From IMG/VR virus record IMGVR_UViG_3300034283_001962, positions 1 through 64,000 of that record: 64,000 nt of DNA; one strand, written 5' to 3'. The notes under the pieces are model-generated. The model saw only the letters and a list, made by a program, of their open reading frames with translations, was not told the DNA's origin and ran no database searches. Origin of the DNA: a virus. The position numbers and the translations under genes were made by a program. Within the stretch, counting starts at the first letter, position 1. Each line of letters starts with the position of its first letter. This document shows, one piece after another, positions 46,320 through 55,554 of this stretch.

Positions 46320-47336
46320 ATGAAAAACATATATGTTATATCAACAGATAAACCAAGTAGACTATACAAGACAAGGAATAAATTCTATTTAGAACCGTAC
46401 CCTGATAAATCCGTCATTGCTGGTAATCAAAATATCTACATCAGTAATGATGAAGAAATTAAAGAAGGGGATTATATAGGTTATCCAACTTTAAATAATT
46501 GGGTTCCTATTAAATATTTGGGTGGTGATTTAATAGGTAGTGAGAAAAAAATCATCCTAACAACAGACCAAGACCTTATCAAAGATGGTATTCAAGCTAT
46601 TGATGATGAGTTCTTAGAATGGTTTGCTAAGAATCCAAGTTGTGAATATGTTAAGATTGATAAGTTAGTTTTTTATGAGCATAAAAATTACAAAATCATC
46701 ATTCCAAAAAAAGAAGCTAAACAAGAAAATTGTTGTACTCCAATAGGTCAAATTAAAAGATATGTTGATTGTGTAGGATGTGACAGAAAACCTAAACAAG
46801 AAATAGTAGGATATAGACTAAATTCAAACATAAGTAGGGTAATGGTTGACAGAGTTTTACAATATTCAATGCCTAATTGGAATGATAAAGATAAATCTGT
46901 ATATTTTATTAGAGGTCATGTTGGAGGTTCTTTAGTTGCAAAGATGAAAGAATTAAAAGTTCTTGATTTATGGTTTACTCCTATTTACGAATCAGAAGAA
47001 GTTAAAAGTGATTGGATAAAAGAACATCATATTGACTATTACAAAAAAGAAGGTATGATGGCTGATAAACCTTTACAAGAAACACTTGAAGAAGTTGCTA
47101 AAAGATTATATGAATATCAATCTCAAAACCCACCCTACACAATTATTACACCAAAAGCTAAAATAGAAGGATTTATTGCAGGTGCTAAATGGCAAGCAGA
47201 GAGAAGTTATAGTGAGGAAGATTTAATTAGTTTTGCACACTTTTATTTTAAAGAAGAATTTAATTCAACAATGCAAACTTCTAAATCAACAGATGAAATC
47301 TTTAAAGAATGGTTTGAACAATTTAAAAAGAAATAG
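46320..47336 (+). CDS. Mosaic hypothetical protein
   Basis: KIILTTDQDLIKDG.QAIDDEFLEWF, KQE modules and GAKWQAERSYSEE, as recalled from Bacteroidota phage hypothetical proteins. Confidence 0.65.
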   Translation: MKNIYVISTDKPSRLYKTRNKFYLEPYPDKSVIAGNQNIYISNDEEIKEGDYIGYPTLNNWVPIKYLGGDLIGSEKKIILTTDQDLIKDGIQAIDDEFLEWFAKNPSCEYVKIDKLVFYEHKNYKIIIPKKEAKQENCCTPIGQIKRYVDCVGCDRKPKQEIVGYRLNSNISRVMVDRVLQYSMPNWNDKDKSVYFIRGHVGGSLVAKMKELKVLDLWFTPIYESEEVKSDWIKEHHIDYYKKEGMMADKPLQETLEEVAKRLYEYQSQNPPYTIITPKAKIEGFIAGAKWQAERSYSEEDLISFAHFYFKEEFNSTMQTSKSTDEIFKEWFEQFKKK

Positions 47337-47340
47337 GATT

Positions 47341-47562
47341 ATGAAAGCTTCTATACCGATAGTTGTAAAATTGAAAGAACAAATTAAAGTTCTTAAAAAA
47401 GAAAAAGCTCAATTTGAATCAATTAAACAAGTTTATAAAAAAGCTTATGAAGAATTAAATTGTTATTTTGACTCTATTTCAGATGAAGAACAACCTAAAG
47501 TTGCTAAAAAATTAGATAAAATCTTTAAAAATAATGGAAGCTTAAAGAATGAAAGAACTTAA
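47341..47562 (+). CDS. Hypothetical protein (start MKASIP)
   Basis: 3' part of track ORF 47233-47562. Confidence 0.5.
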   Translation: MKASIPIVVKLKEQIKVLKKEKAQFESIKQVYKKAYEELNCYFDSISDEEQPKVAKKLDKIFKNNGSLKNERT

Positions 47563-47697
47563 ACAAATTAAATGTTATTGTGGTCATACAATATATTGTG
47601 ATTATAGTTCTTTAAAATAACCTCAACCAGATGTTGATACATCAATTGAGGAGTATCATGGTCCTGAAAATTATCCTGCACCATAAAAGTATTAATC

Positions 47698-48058
47698 ATG
47701 AAAGGTAAAAAAAAGAAATATAAAAAATGAAGAGTTTTTAATTGATAAAGAATTAGAAAAAGAAAAGAAAGAATTAGAAAAAAAAGAGTTTAAAGCACAG
47801 GTCAATCCTCTTAAAATAAAAATATTTACTGAATTATGTAATTCATTACATAAACATACATTTTTACACCAATATCATATTATCGGTTCTTTAATGAAAG
47901 ATCTAGAAGGAAAAATAAGTCCTAGAACAGGAGATGTTGACGATGATTATATAACTGATTTATATAATATTTTAGGTCATATTGATATTGCTTGTCAAGA
48001 TGAAAGTTTCTTTGGTAAGTGGATACAAGATCAATTAGAAATGATATTTGAGCTTTAA
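47698..48058 (+). pseudogene. ~119-aa ORF frameshifted in an A8 run
   Basis: ATG 47698; A8 at 47707-47714; A7 would give an open frame to TAA 48056-48058. Confidence 0.55.
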
Positions 48059-48097
48059 TGGTCCTAAGAATTATCCTGCATCATAAAATGATTTAAT

Positions 48098-48586
48098 ATG
48101 AAAGTAGAGATACCTAATAAGATTTGTTCTCATTGTGGTAGTACTACTTGGAATAAAGTAAAAACATATAAAAGTTTATTTAATAAACCTTATAAATATA
48201 AATGTAATACATGTACAAATAGAAAAAGAAGAGAAAAAAGAATACCTATTCCTAGACTTCCTAGACTTAATTATAAAGTTTTAAGTGATGAAAAAACTTC
48301 ATTAAAACATCTATATAAAGATATTTTGACTGAAGAACAATTTAAAACATATATCAAATATAGGAGTGTACATTTTAAAAGATTGTTAGAAAGAAAAAAG
48401 AGAAAAATAGCATATTATAAAGCTTCAACTCAATTAAAAGGTACAGGTTTTCGTAAACTAGTAGCTAGATCATTAGGTATACATAGAACTGAAGTTACTA
48501 TTAATCAAGAAGAAAAATATCGTATTTATTTACAAACTTTAAGACAATGGAAAAAAATAATCAAACAATCACAACAGTCCCAGTAG
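48098..48586 (+). CDS. Basic Zn-ribbon protein
   Basis: CSHC...CNTC; very basic. Confidence 0.55.
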   Translation: MKVEIPNKICSHCGSTTWNKVKTYKSLFNKPYKYKCNTCTNRKRREKRIPIPRLPRLNYKVLSDEKTSLKHLYKDILTEEQFKTYIKYRSVHFKRLLERKKRKIAYYKASTQLKGTGFRKLVARSLGIHRTEVTINQEEKYRIYLQTLRQWKKIIKQSQQSQ

Positions 48587-48750
48587 ATAAACTAAAAGTT
48601 ATTGAAGATAAGTCTTTTAATGTAGGTAACAAATGTATGGATATTTGGGAGAAAACTGGTGATAATAATACTTTAAGAATGGCTGTATCTACATTTCGTA
48701 CATCAATGCAAGCTATAAGAGATCAATCCAGATATAAATCAAATAAGTAA
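48547..48750 (+). CDS. Hypothetical protein
   Basis: ORF track. Confidence 0.5.
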   Translation: MEKNNQTITTVPVDKLKVIEDKSFNVGNKCMDIWEKTGDNNTLRMAVSTFRTSMQAIRDQSRYKSNK

Positions 48751-48752
48751 TT

Positions 48753-48980
48753 ATGAGTGATGTAATATATGCTTCAGGTATGTATGGCAAAGGTCGTGGT
48801 GTGTTAACTAGGTTACGCACCACGATAGCTGGTAATAAGTTCTGGTGGGATATAGCATGTTATAACAAACGATTTAATACCATACAAGAAGCAATATCTG
48901 AGATATCTGTAGACTTTGCACCATTTGAGTTAATATCTGATAAACCTCATCTGTTAATAGATAAAAGAAAAGAATTATGA
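48753..48980 (+). CDS. Hypothetical protein
   Basis: ORF track. Confidence 0.5.
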   Translation: MSDVIYASGMYGKGRGVLTRLRTTIAGNKFWWDIACYNKRFNTIQEAISEISVDFAPFELISDKPHLLIDKRKEL

Positions 48981-49600
48981 GATTAGAACTGCCAGCAAAT
49001 AGAACCTTTTTTACCTCAGATCCTCATTTTCACCATACTAATATCTGTAAAGGTATTAGTAAATGGAGTGATAAGGAATCATGCCGTCCATATGCATCAT
49101 TAGATGAAATGAACAATGAATTAGTTAAAATGATGAATGTAGCTGATGTATATGATCATATTGTTTGTTTAGGTGATTGGTCATTTGGTGGTATTGAACA
49201 AATAACTAGGTTTAGAAATCAAATTAGATGTCAGAATATATATCTAGTTTTAGGTAACCATGACCATCATATTGCTAATACATCTAATACTGATATTAGA
49301 CAGCTATTTGCCACTATAGATAAAAGACTACATATAGTATTAGATAAACAAAATATTATATGTGATCATTATCCTATTATTTCTTGGGAAAATATGAATA
49401 AAGGATGGTGGCACTTACATGGTCATGTACATTTACCTCCAAAATATGCTTTAAACAAAGGTAAATCAATGGATGTAGGTGTTGATGGTTCTAGTATGAA
49501 TTTGTATACTTTTAAAATGTTACAAAGCATATTAGATAACCAACCTATTTCAATAAATGTATTAGCTAAAGATCATCATTTAAAAGAGGTAAACTACTAA
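48977..49600 (+). CDS. Calcineurin-like metallophosphoesterase
   Basis: SDPHF.H, LGDW, GNHD, HYP, HGHVH, DVGVD. Confidence 0.88.
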   Translation: MRLELPANRTFFTSDPHFHHTNICKGISKWSDKESCRPYASLDEMNNELVKMMNVADVYDHIVCLGDWSFGGIEQITRFRNQIRCQNIYLVLGNHDHHIANTSNTDIRQLFATIDKRLHIVLDKQNIICDHYPIISWENMNKGWWHLHGHVHLPPKYALNKGKSMDVGVDGSSMNLYTFKMLQSILDNQPISINVLAKDHHLKEVNY

Positions 49601-49619
49601 ATCACTAAATAAAGTTATT

Positions 49620-49910
49620 ATGAAACTTTCATCATCTGTCTTTGTAATTCTTTTTGTTATATTTTATATTTGTAGTTTAATTTGTATTTTAAGTAAATCA
49701 ACAACAGATAACTTTCTTTACATAAAAATATTAGAAGTATTAAGTATTATTTTATGTTTTATTACTATTTTTTGTGGATTTCAGTATAGATATGTAAAAA
49801 TGAAAGAAGAAAGAGATTTATATAGAAAAGCATTTATAAAAGAATGGCAAAAAAATTATATTCGTAGTATAATTAATGAAGAGACCGAAGCACATTTATA
49901 TGTAAATTAA
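49620..49910 (+). CDS. Membrane protein
   Basis: Two hydrophobic segments. Confidence 0.5.
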   Translation: MKLSSSVFVILFVIFYICSLICILSKSTTDNFLYIKILEVLSIILCFITIFCGFQYRYVKMKEERDLYRKAFIKEWQKNYIRSIINEETEAHLYVN

Positions 49911-50023
49911 AAGAATTAAAAATGAAAAGTAAAAAATTAGAAGTAATAGCAAGCAGCATATTAATGATTAGCTTTATTTCTATAATATGTTTATTATTAC
50001 ACTTACTTAAAAAATTAAACTAA

Positions 50024-50446
50024 ATGGAAAAAAGTATTTCAATTCCAAGAACTGTTCTTGCTAAGTTGTATATGATGGCTAATGTATCAGTACATAATAA
50101 TTATAAGCAATACTGTTTTCGTATTAAAGAAATTATGGCAAATCATTCACCATTTGCAGATTTTTTTAATATACCTGAAAAAGAAATTAAAGAAGTAATG
50201 CTTTCTCCTAATATTTGTGAAGATGCAAAGATTCTTCTTGAAAAGTATATACCAAATAAAACCTTAGATAAGTATCATAGATTTAATGATGGTATATTAA
50301 GTGCAGATTGTGAAGGAATATTTATTGGAAAAGAAGCAGCACCTGTTGGTTTTATTCACAAATGTATTATATTTGAAACTTGTAATTATGAAATGATTGT
50401 TGAAAAAGAAAATAATTATACAATAATTAAGTTTAAAATTATTTAA
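50024..50446 (+). CDS. Hypothetical protein
   Basis: ORF track. Confidence 0.55.
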   Translation: MEKSISIPRTVLAKLYMMANVSVHNNYKQYCFRIKEIMANHSPFADFFNIPEKEIKEVMLSPNICEDAKILLEKYIPNKTLDKYHRFNDGILSADCEGIFIGKEAAPVGFIHKCIIFETCNYEMIVEKENNYTIIKFKII

Positions 50447-50467
50447 TTTTATAAAAATCTAAGTAAA

Positions 50468-50632
50468 ATGAGAGTTTTAGTAGTTAAACAAAAAGAAAAG
50501 AAAGAGAATTTTGAAAAGACAGCTAAAGATCTTAAATTGAAAGACAAAAAGTATAATAAACAAAAAGCAAAAGTATTTAAAGAAACAATAATTAAGAAAG
50601 ATCGTCAAGGAAATCCTATTCTTTGGTATTGA
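50468..50632 (+). CDS. Small basic protein (54 aa), not in track
   Basis: Translated by hand MRVLVVKQKEKK...GNPILWY. Confidence 0.5.
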   Translation: MRVLVVKQKEKKENFEKTAKDLKLKDKKYNKQKAKVFKETIIKKDRQGNPILWY

Positions 50633-50665
50633 TCTTGTATTTTTTTAAAAAAACATAAGGGAAAA

Positions 50666-50986
50666 ATGGCTGAATTATCAATTAAACAGATTCTAGAATC
50701 AGAGAGTTATAAACACCAAAAAGATATAGTAAAACGTGCTATCAATAAAAATGTTACACCTTTAAAAATAGATAATGGTTTATTTGCACCAGCAAGGTTG
50801 GCAGATTTAAGAAGAGTATTAAGTGTAGATTATAATACATTTAAGAAAACAGATAGCGAAAAAGCAGAATTAAGTACTTTAAAAGACAGTTATATTAAAA
50901 AAATGAAGAAAAGTTTTCCTGATTGGACTCAAAAAACGTCAGGTAAAATTAAATTCTTACAGTTTCATACTAAAAGTATATGGTAG
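50666..50986 (+). CDS. Hypothetical protein
   Basis: ORF track. Confidence 0.55.
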   Translation: MAELSIKQILESESYKHQKDIVKRAINKNVTPLKIDNGLFAPARLADLRRVLSVDYNTFKKTDSEKAELSTLKDSYIKKMKKSFPDWTQKTSGKIKFLQFHTKSIW

Positions 50987-51294
50987 TAAAAATAGAATTT
51001 GTTCCTAACAGAGATGGTATAACAACAACTATGTTAGTTAATAAAAATATAATTGATGAAGAAATTCCTTTTGTTCCACTTAAACTTATAGATTCAAGAG
51101 GAATTGCTTTATGGAAATTATGTAATGAAATGAATATAAAGTTTGAAACTGATATAGAATTTATTAACGAAACTTGGGATGAAAAAAGAGAATTGAAACG
51201 TTTATTTGATTACATGCTAAATCCTATTTATGTTCAGAGCTATATGCAACAAGTTGTTCAACCAAAAATTATCAAAAGATTTAATTTTGCTTGA
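50980..51294 (+). CDS. Hypothetical protein
   Basis: ORF track. Confidence 0.55.
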   Translation: MVVKIEFVPNRDGITTTMLVNKNIIDEEIPFVPLKLIDSRGIALWKLCNEMNIKFETDIEFINETWDEKRELKRLFDYMLNPIYVQSYMQQVVQPKIIKRFNFA

Positions 51295-51484
51295 TAAGTT
51301 AGCAAATGGTAATTTAATTCAAATTATTAAAAAAAAGAATAAAAAAGGTATTAATGTTTATTTTATTCGAGTTAAATCAATAATTTACTGGCATGATGTA
51401 TCAGAACATAGTAATATTGAAGAAGCTTATGATGAAGTAAAAAGCATTGAACAAATTATTGCAGAATCATTTAATCAAAAATAA
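51287..51484 (+). CDS. Hypothetical protein (likely TTG start; approximate)
   Basis: 3' part of track ORF 51230-51484. Confidence 0.4.
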   Translation: MLDKLANGNLIQIIKKKNKKGINVYFIRVKSIIYWHDVSEHSNIEEAYDEVKSIEQIIAESFNQK

Positions 51485-51659
51485 AAATGAAAAGACAACA
51501 TACAAAGTTTTTTAAAGTAGCTAATAGTTATCTTGGAACATTTACTCACCGATTGTATAATAAGTTTCGTAGCAGGTATGTAATTTTACAATCTTGGTTT
51601 AGTTTAGGTGGTTTATATAAATATATGGAAATTTTATTTTGGTAATTTTTAAATGAAAG

Positions 51660-51688
51660 AAAAAGGGGGAGTAAAATCCCCCTTTTTT
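51660..51688. terminator. Bidirectional terminator
   Basis: AAAAAGGGGGA-GTAAAA-TCCCCCTTTTTT. Confidence 0.75.
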
Positions 51689-51777
51689 AATCTAAACTTG
51701 TACAAAATGTGTTTATTAGTCACTTTAACAAAGAATAAGTTAAATGAAAGAACAAAATCGTTAAAATTAGTTAAATA

Positions 51778-52662
51778 ATGGAATATATTATAAATCTTAT
51801 TCAAAACAGTCTTATTCCTTCAAGTTTAAATGTTGTTATATCTAAATTTCCAGATGGACAACAGAATGTATCTATTGATAACATTCCAATGAACTTATCA
51901 GCTAATGATAGTGTTATTATTCGCTCCAGATTAAATTCTTGGAAAGACTTGGAGCTAATTGTAGCTACTAATGCTGCAATTCGTAAATTTACTAAGAAAG
52001 TAACATTATATATTCCCTATCTATTAGGTGCACGTTCAGATAGACAATTTTCTAAATATGGTAATTCATATCTTGTTGATGTTTTAGCTCCACATATAAA
52101 TCTATGTGAATTTCAACAAGTAACTGTAGTGGATGTACATAGTGATGTAGCTGCAGCTTGCATTAAGAATCTTGATATTATTTCTAATAACTTCTTTGTT
52201 CAAGAAGCTATAGAAGATATATTTAGGAAGCCTATAAGTGACTTACAAGATGAAATTGTATTTGTTGCTCCTGATGCAGGTGCTGCAAAAAAGGTCTATA
52301 AGTTAGCTAAAGAAATAGGTTTTAAAGGTGATATAGTAGTGTGTTCTAAATATCGTGATGAGGAAGGAGAATTGTCTAATCTATCTATAAATTTAGATAT
52401 TCTTTCTAATTTACATAAAATGTTTATAATTATTGATGATATATGTGATGGAGGTCGTACCTTTATCAATATTTCTGAATATCTAAAAAAAGAATATGGT
52501 ATAGGATTATTTAATAAAGTATTGTTTGTAACACATGGTATATTCTCACAAGGATTTGATCAGTTGTTACAAGAATTTTCAACGATAGCCACTACTAATT
52601 CTTATCAAGACTTTCCTGAAATGGAAGAAAGCCCAAAATTTACACTAATTAATGTAATATAA
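51778..52662 (+). CDS. prs: Ribose-phosphate pyrophosphokinase-like (PRS/Adps-type)
   Basis: KFPDGQ, PYL.GARSDR, DVHS, APDAGA.K, IIDDICDGGRTF, VTHGIFS. Confidence 0.9.
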   Translation: MEYIINLIQNSLIPSSLNVVISKFPDGQQNVSIDNIPMNLSANDSVIIRSRLNSWKDLELIVATNAAIRKFTKKVTLYIPYLLGARSDRQFSKYGNSYLVDVLAPHINLCEFQQVTVVDVHSDVAAACIKNLDIISNNFFVQEAIEDIFRKPISDLQDEIVFVAPDAGAAKKVYKLAKEIGFKGDIVVCSKYRDEEGELSNLSINLDILSNLHKMFIIIDDICDGGRTFINISEYLKKEYGIGLFNKVLFVTHGIFSQGFDQLLQEFSTIATTNSYQDFPEMEESPKFTLINVI

Positions 52663-53210
52663 TGCTTGAAAAACAATCATTCATAAATAAAAATCCATTA
52701 ATGAATTATGATGAAATTGATGGTGATTTAATTGAACTAACAAAAGAAGGTAGATTTCAAATTATTGCACATGGATGTAATTGTTTCTGTCGTATGAAAA
52801 GAGGAATTGCTCCTCAAATGGCAGAAGCTTTTAAGTGTGATTATTTTGAATTAGAAGCTGATATGTATGAAGGAGATCCTAATAAATTGGGTCAAATTGA
52901 TTGGGAAACATTACATATTCGTGAAGATGGTTATGTAATTAGAACAAATAAAAGTTACCCTGATACATTAAAAATAGTTGTAATTAATGCCTATACACAA
53001 TATGAATATGATACTACAAAAAAACCATTTGATTACGAAGCATTTACATTATGTATGCGTAAGATAGCTCTTACATTTCCAGGTGGTCATATAGGATTAC
53101 CTAAAATAGGTTCTCATCTTGCTGGTGGTGATTGGAATCAAATCAAACAAATCATACAGAGAGAATTATGTCCTAAAATGCTAGTAACTGTAGTAAATTA
53201 TATATCATGA
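52662..53210 (+). CDS. Macrodomain (ADP-ribose processing) protein
   Basis: GDL, IAHGCNC...M..GIA, NAYTQ, PKIG..LAGGDW. Confidence 0.85.
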   Translation: MLEKQSFINKNPLMNYDEIDGDLIELTKEGRFQIIAHGCNCFCRMKRGIAPQMAEAFKCDYFELEADMYEGDPNKLGQIDWETLHIREDGYVIRTNKSYPDTLKIVVINAYTQYEYDTTKKPFDYEAFTLCMRKIALTFPGGHIGLPKIGSHLAGGDWNQIKQIIQRELCPKMLVTVVNYIS

Positions 53211-53240
53211 ATTATTTAAATTTAAAATAATTTAAAACAA

Positions 53241-53577
53241 ATGAGAATCAATCCTCTTTTACAAACAGACTTTTATAAGGTAAATCATTATAACATGTAC
53301 CCAAAAAGTACAACTAAGATTTATTCTAATTTAACTCCTCGTAAATCGAGAGTTTCAGGAATAAATAAAATAGTTGTATTTGGTATCCAAGCTTTTATCT
53401 TAGATACATTAATAGAGCAATGGAGAGATAATTTCTTTCTAAGGCGTGAATCTATTACTGAGTATAAGCGTATGATGGATGCTACACTTGGTAAAGATGC
53501 TGTTAAAATTGATCATATAGAAGATCTTTGGGATTTAGGGTATCTTCCTTTGCATATCAAAGCTTTACCTGAAGGGT
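53241..53577 (+). CDS. nadV: Nicotinamide phosphoribosyltransferase (NAMPT/Namat-like), exon 1
   Basis: TDFYK..H, YSN.TPR, LGYLPL.IKALPEG. Confidence 0.88.
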
Positions 53578-54415
53578 TAAAATAATGGCTCTTTTAAAAT
53601 CTATTTAATTGCTGGAACGTCTTAAAAATTAAGAAAATCAGCAGCTAAGATTTGTTTATTTAAATAATATATCTTATATTTGTATTATAAAATACTTTAT
53701 ATGGGATATAATATAGGAAAAAATCATCCGAAATTTATTGATTTAACAGGAAGAAAATTTGGAAAACTTACAGTTTTAGAATATACAGAAATCCAAGAAA
53801 AACATAGTAAAGTTTGGAAATGGAAATGTCAATGTGAATGTGGTAAAATTACATTCACAAGAACTAAAGAATTTCTAAAATTGAAGCCTGTACAGTCTTG
53901 TGCATCTTGTGGTAGAAAAAGAATGGGAATAAAAAGAACTCTTCCAGATAATTTAAGTTTAAAAAATAGAGTTTTTAGAGTTTACAAAAAAGGTGCTAGA
54001 AATAGAGGATATGATTTTAGTTTAACTTTTGAACAAGTTATGAATATTATAAATCAAAAATGTCATTATTGTAATAAATCTCCAGAAAATATTGAAGGAG
54101 AATTTACAAGAAATGGTATAGACAGAAAGGATAATAAACTTGGATACAGTATCGAAAATACAGTTCCTTGCTGCAAAACTTGTAACAAAATGAAAATGGA
54201 TATGGATTATAATGAATTTATAAAACATATTTCCGAAATTTATAAACAAATAAAGTTCAACGACTATCTCGAAAGAGAGTACACTATAAGCTAATGATAG
54301 TGGAAAAGGTAGACATCTTTTAAAAGATGAAGATATAGTCTAATCTACATAGTAATATGTAGCAGTTCATAAGAGAACGTGTATAAAAGTTGCGTTTTAT
54401 ACAGAATATAAATTG
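53578..54415 (+). mobile_element. Group I intron in NAMPT
   Basis: P1 AAGGGT/GCTCTT with U.G at 53577; AATTGCTGGAA, AATCAGCAGC, GTTCAACGACTA, AAGATATAGTCT core elements; omega-G 54415; splicing gives ...ALPEG-S-LCPIGVP in frame. Confidence 0.9.
53701..54294 (+). CDS. Intron-encoded HNH-type homing endonuclease
   Basis: DLTGRKFGKLTV, WKCQCECG, CHYC, NGIDRKDN..GY..EN.VPCC..CN.MK; own promoter TTTG-N20-TATATTTG at 53651-53682. Confidence 0.85.
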   Translation: MGYNIGKNHPKFIDLTGRKFGKLTVLEYTEIQEKHSKVWKWKCQCECGKITFTRTKEFLKLKPVQSCASCGRKRMGIKRTLPDNLSLKNRVFRVYKKGARNRGYDFSLTFEQVMNIINQKCHYCNKSPENIEGEFTRNGIDRKDNKLGYSIENTVPCCKTCNKMKMDMDYNEFIKHISEIYKQIKFNDYLEREYTIS

Positions 54416-54897
54416 CATTATGTCCTATTGGTGTACCATGTTTAACAATTACCAATACTGTAGATCATGCATATTGGCTTGTAAACTATTTAGAAACTAT
54501 TATTTCAGCTTCAGTATGGCAACCGATAACAAGTGCTACTATAGCATTTGAGTACCGTAAATTGCTTAATAAGTACGCTCTGGAGACTACTGGTACAACA
54601 GATGGTGTACAATGGCAGGGTCATGATTTCTCAATGAGAGGTATGTCTTCTTTACAATCAGCATGTTCTAGTGGTGCAGGTCATTTACTTTCATTTACTG
54701 GAAGTGACACTGTACCTGCTATTTCATTTCTGGAAGAATTCTATAATGCTGATGTTGAGAAAGAATTGATAGGTGCTTCTATACCGGCAACAGAACACAG
54801 TGTAGCTTGTATGAGTAGTAATATAAATCAATATTCACAAGTTGAAGAAGAATTTGATGAATCAATAAATCAATGGAAAATTATCCGTTATTTTTAG
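54416..54897 (+). CDS. nadV: NAMPT exon 2 (ends in a stop after ...ATEHSVACM plus a novel tail)
   Basis: WLVNYLET, HDFSMRG, GHL.SF.GSDT.PA, SIPATEHSV. Confidence 0.85.
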
Positions 54898-55510
54898 TTC
54901 TTGATAAATTATCTTTTGCCCAAAGAGGTCGTTGATTTGTATAATGAAAACATTTCTTTTGTTCTTCTGGATTAGTTAAATCAAAAGTAAAACACGGTTT
55001 AATATGGTCTATATGCCATTTACCATAGTTTTCCCAAGACATATCTTTATCCATGAGCTTAGAAATATAATCCTTAAAAAAATTAGGAGTACATCCAATA
55101 AGATTAAAGGTTTTATCAGCTTTTCTGTTTCCTTTTAAAGCATGATGAACTCTTCTTCTAAGATTTCTTTTAATTTTAAAAGTAGGATCATTTTTATGTA
55201 AACGTTCCCAATTTTTCTTATACTCTTTAATTTTCAAATTGTTAATATTACGATAATCTTTATCATAATTAGACTTTTCAGATTTATGAGATTTATAATA
55301 AGTTCTTTTAGCTAATCTGTGTTTTTCAATATTTTTTTGATAATGAGATTTGCGAGTTTTATTGAACAAATCAGTGTTATTCTCTCTGTAATTTTTATTA
55401 ATTAAATTAATACAAACTTTACAGATAGAATTATAACCTGATTTAAATCTTTTATTTTTAGGAAAATTATCTAATTCTTTTTCAATATGACATTTTGTAC
55501 ATAATTTCAT
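54881..55510 (-). CDS. Free-standing HNH-type endonuclease, inverted, inside NAMPT
   Basis: CTKC...CKVC, IGC, M.WENYG.WHIDHI.P...F, CFHYTN.RPLW..DN; promoter TTTG-N20-TATTTTTG at 55515-55546. Confidence 0.85.
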   Translation of the reverse strand: MKLCTKCHIEKELDNFPKNKRFKSGYNSICKVCINLINKNYRENNTDLFNKTRKSHYQKNIEKHRLAKRTYYKSHKSEKSNYDKDYRNINNLKIKEYKKNWERLHKNDPTFKIKRNLRRRVHHALKGNRKADKTFNLIGCTPNFFKDYISKLMDKDMSWENYGKWHIDHIKPCFTFDLTNPEEQKKCFHYTNQRPLWAKDNLSRTKNNG

Positions 55511-55554
55511 TGTACAAAAATACACAATGTACACATAACTACCAAATTATTTTT

